IMG/VR virus record: IMGVR_UViG_3300035181_002074
Location: 1-64,000 of that record
Length of the DNA stretch: 64,000 nt
Origin: a virus
Strand: one strand, 5' to 3'
Under the pieces are notes generated by a model, which searched no databases, had not been told where the DNA came from, and was given only the letters and a program-made list of their open reading frames with translations. A program made the position numbers and the translations under genes. Within the stretch, counting starts at the first letter, position 1. Each line of letters begins with the position of its first letter. Shown here piece after piece: positions 29,119 to 36,677 of the stretch.

Positions 29119-32100
29119 TATTAATATAATAGAGTTTCGTGATTGAGCCATCAAACTCGAATTGAGTTTCTGGGTAATTGATCTGCTGATGTCTCCATTT
29201 CATTACTTTAAATCCCCAGCCCCACATCTTAATACGATACTTGCTATAAGTTACCATTCAATTTGCTCCCCAATATTAATATAGTAAACCTTTCGTGCAG
29301 CCGTGAAGGTATGGAACACGGCATTGATCATATTAGCTTCATTATCATCGTATGCAGTAAAGCGTAATATCAATCCATTTTTACGGATAATTATCCTGTA
29401 CTTATTCATAGCGTATATTCCAAGCTTTGTAGATGTTGTATACAACCATATCTCCAGCGGTTATGTATATGTCTAATCTCCCCCAGTTTGGCATAACAAC
29501 GTCACCACCACGATATTGTATCACTGAATAGCTATTCATAATTCATGATCCACGCTTTCTGGATACTATTTAACTTCATGTCATAGAAGTTTGGTGAATG
29601 GAGCCGAAAACTAAAATGCTTGACCATGTGGTGACCCCATGAGTATTGACACACGTAATAAGATCTAATCATAAGTAAATCCTATATACCACTCTAATTG
29701 GTGCATAAATTGTTGGCTCACCTTCTAGGTGTCTTGGCCATTTCGTAATAAACCAGCAGTGATGTCGCACTACGAGAGAGTATTGCTTAATCATAATTGA
29801 TTACCCATGTGCGTTTTATTTGATATTTTCGCATTCCGTCCTCACCGAAGTAAATGTTCGGGCTAAGCCAGCTATTCACATTGATTAAACCGGAATCAAA
29901 TTCTGCAACGGAATAAGCTCTAATCATTCTAAAACCTCCACCTGTAGGCAACGTTTAGCATATTGATATTCATATAATGCCCTTGCTGGCTGCCAAGCGG
30001 GATTCTTTTCAATCCAACGAGACTCGCCCAAGAATATTAATATTCTGTAAATGCTTAAGTGTATATCTGAATTACCCATAACTTGGTCTCCCTTGGATGC
30101 ATTGGCGTTGGGTCATCTTCCCTGTAATCATAAAGCTTAAACAAAGTGTCGATCCACACAATCGCGTAGTATTGCACATCATGCATGGTGATCATCCTTT
30201 GGGCGAAATGTTATCTCATACAATTTCAACGGGCAACCTTGCAGCAATTGCCATGCAATGTTATCCTTGATCGCCCAGCCATTTGGGTATATCCATACGC
30301 GGTAAAAAATTGGCGTCCTTGTTACCATACTCCCTCTGTACCAATATTGATGTAATACACCTTCACATCGTCACCATACAAGACAAACGCTACCTCCGGC
30401 TGGTTCGAAGTATTAATATCAAACCTGACGATACGTGATGCCCCATTATGATAGCAGATGCGGTATTTCCTGTGAATCATTCCATCACCACCGTGTAAAA
30501 GACTACTTCATCTTTGCGCATATGGCGAACTGGCCTTGGTGTATGAGTCCAAGCACCAATCAGATACCGATTATTATGTATGTAAACACGGTAAAACTTA
30601 ATCTTCATAAGTCACCATCACTGAAAATAACGACATACCAACATAGAAGAAGCTTGGTGGACTCAATAAGCTACTATAACGATAGATACATTGGCCACCA
30701 ACAGGAAGGGGAAAAACACGATATGTTGCTGATTTAGTCATACTAACTCGATTCTCCAGCCCAATCTGTTTCCTCGTCCGCCATCAAGCAAGACTATTAC
30801 ATAAAGACAATTCAGTGAACTGTCGGAATAAGCTGGCTTGTAGATTCTATAATCCTTCATATATAATCTCTACCATAAAAATCGTGTGGATGTGATGCAT
30901 ATTGCGCAAAGTAATTTCTGGGTCATTGTATCCGAAACGAGTTCCACCTCGTTGCATGACAAAATTTCCTCGCCAAAATGGTTCATGACTGCATGCGATT
31001 CGGTATATCATTCAATCACCATCACATTATAGATCTTATTATGCAAGTCATACAAATTGATCGGCAAATTATAATATCCCTGATATTTAAAGATCGTCCA
31101 CCAACCACCTTGCTCGCAGTAAACATCGTCTTGCCTGTTAAATAGTATCACACGGTAATTCTTATACATATTCTATCTCTATCAACCATGCGTTCTCGGC
31201 GTCATCTACGAACCATAATAGATCTTGCGTATATCGGTGCAAATTCTCTGCATCGATGATATACCTTAACCTACTTATGCTCACGTAATCTGGGTAATCC
31301 ACAATCCTAAATATCATAATCCACCATCACATAGTAAGCTTTCTGGACTGGAAATTGCTCCATGAATATTGCTGGCGAGAAGAAATCAGCGAACACGACA
31401 GTATCCCCGCTTTGCCTATAACGAGAGGATACGATTGATACGCTAGCATCAAATAAGGCAACTCGGTAAGCTTGTTTTGGATATGACTTCATAAAATTTT
31501 AACCTCGAAATAGCGGCTAGTGGGGATAACACCTTGTGTAAACAGGCTATAAGTTTTACCAATGCCTTGTGACCCGAAGTCAATTAGCCGGTACCCTTTT
31601 TCTCGTTTGTACTTTTTCGCTTTAAAGATGATGTAATAAAATCTCATCCCAGCCCCCGAATCAAATAAACCTTCTCTGCGTCGGCTTTTAATAAATATTC
31701 TTGTCTAACGTGATAATCATACGACTGATGGATACGCAGTTCATTTGTAATTATGCACCAGTATACAGTAACGTAGCTCTCAGGAACAAAGAAGTCTATC
31801 ATCCGACCACCTCTATGGTAAATATCCTGCGCCCGTGTCCAGATTTTCCACTCAAAATAATCTCAGGGTTAATAAAAAAAGAAGCATACCGTGCAATAGC
31901 AATAGTATATGAGGCGCTCGCGTAGATTAAAATGCGGTAGACTACCCGATTAGGCTTCATAAGATATGTACCGCAATGATTTTGGCTACCTTATAATGTT
32001 TAGAGCCCCAATGAATGGAAATAGCATTCTCCAGTATATCCTCTGATGTATGCAAAACATATTTCCCCGTCGTGAAAGATATAATCCTGAAAGTCTTAAT

Positions 32101-32127
32101 CTGATGGCATTTATACGGTTTAATCAT
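29111..32127 (-). other. Micro-ORF array E (21 consecutive members, 40-61 aa)
   Basis: 29111-29257, 29251-29409, 29402-29539, 29532-29672, 29669-29794, 29787-29927, 29924-30079, 30055-30195, 30179-30328, 30322-30480, 30477-30608, 30598-30741, 30738-30860, 30847-31011, 31008-31169, 31162-31317, 31307-31492, 31489-31647, 31644-31802, 31799-31960, 31957-32127; every ORF overlaps the next. Confidence 0.85.
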
Positions 32128-32314
32128 GCTTATTCAACAGGGAATTCATTTTACCTGTTACGTAAGTATATGAATCAATCACTCCAACTACGTATCCGTA
32201 AACATACCAAAACACGCCCATGAAAGCTAGCTTACTGGCAATAGTCCAATCCGTTTCTTGTAGGAAGGTTAACGTAGCCCATGCACATATCAATGTTATT
32301 ATTATTCTTATCAT
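32120..32314 (-). CDS. Small two-TM membrane protein
   Basis: Hydrophobic MIRIIITLICAWATL...FMGVFWYVYGYVVGVI; start placed at the Met after an AAGGA RBS. Confidence 0.55.
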   Translation of the reverse strand: MIRIIITLICAWATLTFLQETDWTIASKLAFMGVFWYVYGYVVGVIDSYTYVTGKMNSLLNKHD

Positions 32315-32315
32315 A

Positions 32316-32639
32316 TTATTCCTTAGCCTCTTTGGCCGCTTTCTTTGCTGCTTTTTCAAGCTTAGCGTTTTCTTTCTCGATATCTTCTTGGGTTTGGAGT
32401 ACGGATTCGAAACGTTTCACACCGGCTGGCCTAAAAACTGTATTTTTCTCGGAGAAGTTATCCACGATGGACACGAAACGTGGGGTCGCTTCGTCAGTTG
32501 CGAATTTCTTATTACCAAAATACCCACATTGGGTAAATTCCACCGTCAAGGCATCAAGTTCTTCGTACAGAGGTTTTACAGCCTCAAGTTGGTCTTTGAT
32601 CTGAGCGATACGATTAACGATTTCATTTATACGTGACAT
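32316..32639 (-). CDS. Hypothetical coiled-coil early protein
   Basis: 107 aa, AAGGAG RBS, own promoter. Confidence 0.75.
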   Translation of the reverse strand: MSRINEIVNRIAQIKDQLEAVKPLYEELDALTVEFTQCGYFGNKKFATDEATPRFVSIVDNFSEKNTVFRPAGVKRFESVLQTQEDIEKENAKLEKAAKKAAKEAKE

Positions 32640-32651
32640 AATAAGTCTCCT

Positions 32652-35235
32652 TTAATTAGCATACCATTCTTTTTGATCCGAGTCAAGTACTATTTCAAAT
32701 CGTCGATGTTGTTGATGTTTATAGTAATTACACATGACCGTATAATACAGCTCTTCATGGTTATCAACGATTCTGATTTCATTACCATATCTGGGGATGT
32801 TAAAGAATATGCTGTACCTAGTCCTCATATCGGATCTCGATTTGATAGTGTCTTGGATAATCCATAAATGTTTGCCATATTACGTAGAAAGATGAGTTGC
32901 TAGCCCTGATTACATATTTTTCTTTATAACGATATGCGATGGTGTATTCGTGGATTTGTTTCATTCGATTGTTACCACAAATCGTACATCATATGTTGCC
33001 CATCGCTTTAATAAGTCAAGCCAACCATCACTATTATCCCATATATGGACTCCTTGACGATCATCAATATTGATTACATACATTGTAGGTTGATTCATAA
33101 GATATTAATCTGATAATGGTGATCACTGTTATTAAAGAGTTTCCAGATGACGTACATGTCTTCATTATCGTGACCTATCATGTAATTTAAAGTTAATAAA
33201 AGGATGGTGTATTCTTTTGGTGGCTTCATAAAAAATCAATCTGCCACATTTTATCAATCTTTCCTTGGACAAGGTCGATGTGCGCAGCGACCCAGTGTAA
33301 ATAATGTTCCAAGGCACTAATGTTCCAAGGCAATTTAGACCAAGGCGACTTATTATAAATACGATATGACCTAATCATTGATGGTGACCTCATAAATTTT
33401 GGTGCTAACTAAATGCAGAACTATGCTTCTATTAAACTCCACCCCTACTCCAGCTACATTCGTTTTGATGCTGCTCCATCTGGCACTGACTTTGCCACTT
33501 AGTATTGTCCATCTCGCTCCAATGCGTAAATAAATGCGGAATGATCTTTTATTCATACCACTCCACTTGCCAAACGATATACGGCGCGTCAGAAAGCTGC
33601 AAGCTATCTACCATAACATCATGAGACCCGCGAATAAATCCACCCATAAATATGGGGGATATGCTGTAGTATTTATGATTATATGTATGTACGATATGCC
33701 CACGAATGCGAACTGCACGTAGGTCTTGGTCATTCAAGCTCATCGACAATTACCTCCCAGAACTTGCGGTTATGTGAATGTACTTTGAATACAATTTCGG
33801 GGTTCATCCGATATACTCCACTGATTGACCAAATAGCCCAAGACACATTGTTTGTGATAACACGATAAGATCTACTCATACCATTCCACCTGCCAAATTC
33901 TAATCATAGGTTTATATAAGCAATCTGTCAACCTCATATGGCCAGTCCCAGAGAACTTGGTATATATTGACGACATGAAAAACTTGGTTCTCTTGTGTCT
34001 TTTATATTCCCTGATCCTTACTGCCCGTGTGTTTTTACTCATAAGTTATACCATAGATCGTTTGAACATTTTCAGAGCCTATTATAATATTTTTTTCGCG
34101 GAAAACCCCTAGCATGCTGTTGATCATATCATACTCCTTACCCCAAACACCAGATACTTGCACTAATGAATCGCTCACATATATTAAATATCCTTGCTTA
34201 TTCATTAACAATCTCGATTTCGTAGCCTCTATATATCCAATCAGATTTAAGTACGTGCGACTGCCTAATAATAAATGGATCTGGGTACCAGCCTTGGTAT
34301 ATTATTACCATGTTATCCGTAACGCTCATCATGTCGTAAATTCGCAAAACTTTATACATATTTTACTACCCAAATCTTTGTGATGAGTTGGCCGTTAAAA
34401 GTTAAAGGCACATATATATTGTTTAATTCTCTCACCCATAATACACCGATATCGCTGGTACCACTCCATGCAATGATTCCATGACTCTTAGCGCAGTTAT
34501 TAATGATGTATTGGGTAACTGGTTTATTCATAAGTAAACTCGTATAGTTTCCGAAACGTACTACCTAAGTGAATTGCCCTGTAATTTGCTATTGCGTCAA
34601 AATACCAGCCGAATCCCCATTCTCCATTGCGATAGATAATAACACCATGTGGCAACCTGTTACCCATAAGTTACCTCGACAGTGAAAATCTTGGTGTGGC
34701 GGGGTGACATTCTAGTTTCATCACCGAGATAAGCGAATTTACCTTCTTCGTCTAACGCGTAGATTTCGTAAGCACGATTCTTGTATAGGTATATGCGGGT
34801 AGATTTAATCATATCGCACCACATAGATCTTGATTCGATCATTCGCAGCTATGCTAAATACAGAGCCATCATATATATAACTGTGATATATTGTATACTC
34901 ATTACGACTTATCATCACACGATACTCGAAAGATGGTGGAATTTTATTCAAAGGTCACCGTCCATATACACTGAACCGGCAAACCTTTGGAAGTCAAAGG
35001 CTGTTTTATGAACGTATCAACCATGGACGCAGCTATTTCTGGGTATCCATCCCAGTGTTTGGCAGCATAGCCCGTGCCATTTGTATATACCATGTATGAT
35101 TTATTCATATTCTATCCTGTACCCGCGAGTTACATACGTATTAGTGAAATAATTGATGCTATAATAAAACATTCTATTCATTGAATAGTGGCCACTGCTT
35201 TTAATCCATATATCTTGCCAGAATCTAGTGTCCAC
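32652..35235 (-). other. Micro-ORF array F (17 consecutive members, 44-64 aa)
   Basis: 32652-32828, 32818-32964, 32961-33098, 33095-33229, 33226-33378, 33371-33556, 33549-33743, 33730-33879, 33872-34042, 34035-34205, 34198-34359, 34352-34531, 34524-34667, 34660-34812, 34805-34951 (TTG), 34944-35108, 35101-35235 (GTG). Confidence 0.85.
32658..32686 (-). promoter_or_regulatory. sigma70-type early promoter driving array E
   Basis: TTGACT-17 bp-TATGCT with TG extension. Confidence 0.75.
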
Positions 35236-35395
35236 AGCAACCACGGAAAGCCCAACAAAAAGCGACTGCCATCCCAATATTCATGACGGCAGATGGCCAA
35301 TTAGTTGGTGGCTCAGGTTTATCATTTTGGCAGGTATCACATTCGCAGTCACAACCATGGCAATTTTTCACACAATCACATTCTTGTTCACCCAT
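35225..35395 (-). CDS. Cys-rich metallothionein-like peptide (56 aa)
   Basis: MGEQECDCVKNCHGCDCECDTCQNDKPEPPTNWPSAVMNIGMAVAFCWAFRGCCGH; first ORF after the promoter at 35405-35433. Confidence 0.55.
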   Translation of the reverse strand: MGEQECDCVKNCHGCDCECDTCQNDKPEPPTNWPSAVMNIGMAVAFCWAFRGCCGH

Positions 35396-35404
35396 AATCT
35401 CTAA

Positions 35405-35433
35405 ACTATACCACTAAACCAGATCTAAGTCAA
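35405..35433 (-). promoter_or_regulatory. sigma70-type early promoter driving array F
   Basis: TTGACT-17 bp-TATAGT with TG extension. Confidence 0.8.
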
Positions 35434-35434
35434 G

Positions 35435-35443
35435 CCTAATATT
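35435..35443 (+). promoter_or_regulatory. Putative late promoter motif CCTAATATT
   Basis: 9 nt upstream of ATG 35453. Confidence 0.7.
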
Positions 35444-35452
35444 TTGCATTAG

Positions 35453-36100
35453 ATGGCAACCACCAAACAAGACATTATCATTATTGGTAAGGGGGCGATG
35501 AACTCAAATGCATCGTCTGCCCAGATATTTGCCAGCAAAAGCGCTGTCAGTTTTTGGGATACCGCAATTACTTACAACATTGAAACATGTGTTGAATATT
35601 CAGGTAACATCTGGAGATCATTAACTAATTCAAACATAGCTAACAATCCAGCTTCTTCCCCAACCCAATGGGAATTAATCCTAAAAAACACCAAAGACGG
35701 TGATGCCTGTTTCGTTATCAATGGGGCATCTTCTGATCTAATGATGCGCGTCAATTCAATCTGGGAGACTTTGGGCAATAAACCTTACATCATTAGCCTA
35801 AACGATAACCAAGTTTCGCCTACTTCCGCTTTTACTTATTTGGGCACAGCATTCCCATATGCCCAAATCGAGCTAAGAATCAGACGCAATAACTCTTATT
35901 CTTCAGCGTTTAAGAAGACTTACGAGGTTTTAAATGATGGAACTACTGATTTACAATTTTCTGCTGACGGGGTTAGCATTGGTGCTGATACTGGGGTGGT
36001 CATAACCCCTTCAATTACCGCTGGAACGGTATCTTTTGATTACACCAGCACTAACTTATCACAAGCAATTTCACTCGAATATACATTGCGTGGGTTTTAA
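35453..36100 (+). CDS. Structural protein with CBM5/12-like module and C-terminal beta-sandwich
   Basis: WDTAITY....VEYSGNIWRSL...NNPASSPTQW; C-terminal domain resembles those of ORFs 40400 and 42112. Confidence 0.55.
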   Translation: MATTKQDIIIIGKGAMNSNASSAQIFASKSAVSFWDTAITYNIETCVEYSGNIWRSLTNSNIANNPASSPTQWELILKNTKDGDACFVINGASSDLMMRVNSIWETLGNKPYIISLNDNQVSPTSAFTYLGTAFPYAQIELRIRRNNSYSSAFKKTYEVLNDGTTDLQFSADGVSIGADTGVVITPSITAGTVSFDYTSTNLSQAISLEYTLRGF

Positions 36101-36101
36101 T

Positions 36102-36677
36102 ATGAAACAATGTAATACTTGCAATTTAACTAAAAACCTAGATTCTTTTCATAAAAATAAGAATTGCCTTGACGGTCGTCAATATAAGTGTAAACTATGC
36201 GTCAATACATATCTGAAAGCGTATTATTCCCAAAACAAGGAACAAGTAAAAGAAAAAGTTAATAATTACCGTCAAAATAACCCCACTAAGATTTCGGCAA
36301 GGAAAAAGTTATATCGTCAAAACAATATGCAAAAAGTAAAATCTGGTTTGCATAATTGGTATATGAATAATAAATCGAAATCTGCCGAAACTACAAAAGC
36401 ATATAACAAGGCGCATCCAGCACAGGCTTTGGCGCGATGTAATAAAAGACGAGCATCTAGGCTAAATGCTATACCTAGATGGCTAACCAAAGAAGATTTA
36501 TTAAAAATTAAGGAATTTTACATAGAGGCCAAACGACTAGAGTTATTGACTGGGGGTAAATACCATGTAGATCATATTATCCCACTTCAAGGTGAGGCGG
36601 TTCGTGGGCTACATGTACCTTGGAATTTACAAGTTATTCCTGCCTACCAAAATATAATAAAAGGGAACAAGATTTAA
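36102..36677 (+). CDS. HNH homing endonuclease
   Basis: N-terminal CxxC...CxxC; YHVDHIIPLQG..V.GLHVPWNLQVI...N..KGNK; start at ATG 36102. Confidence 0.9.
   Translation: MKQCNTCNLTKNLDSFHKNKNCLDGRQYKCKLCVNTYLKAYYSQNKEQVKEKVNNYRQNNPTKISARKKLYRQNNMQKVKSGLHNWYMNNKSKSAETTKAYNKAHPAQALARCNKRRASRLNAIPRWLTKEDLLKIKEFYIEAKRLELLTGGKYHVDHIIPLQGEAVRGLHVPWNLQVIPAYQNIIKGNKI

Noticed and set aside
30435-35011. Plus-strand ORFs listed in the track (30435, 31701, 32220, 32281, 32673, 33534, 33683, 34114, 34781)
   Set aside because: Antisense shadows of the coupled minus-strand chain, with no promoter or RBS support.
29111-35235. Diversity-generating retroelement as the source of micro-ORF variation
   Set aside because: No reverse transcriptase and no TR/VR pair differing only at adenines is visible in the window; paralog cores differ at all bases and in length. 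An RT elsewhere in the genome cannot be excluded.
29111-35235. CRISPR array or integron cassette array (about 150-bp periodicity)
   Set aside because: No conserved 25-40 bp repeat and no attC-like palindromes; the units are open reading frames joined by short overlaps.
29111-35235. Stop-codon reassignment making the islands one or a few long genes
   Set aside because: Consecutive ORFs change frame, end in TAA, TAG and TGA alike, and each has its own start; long genes read normally in code 11.
36036-36676. Longer starts given in the track for the HNH (36036) and the tail fibre (36620)
   Set aside because: They overlap the upstream genes; ATG 36102 and ATG 36677 are coupled to the preceding stops.
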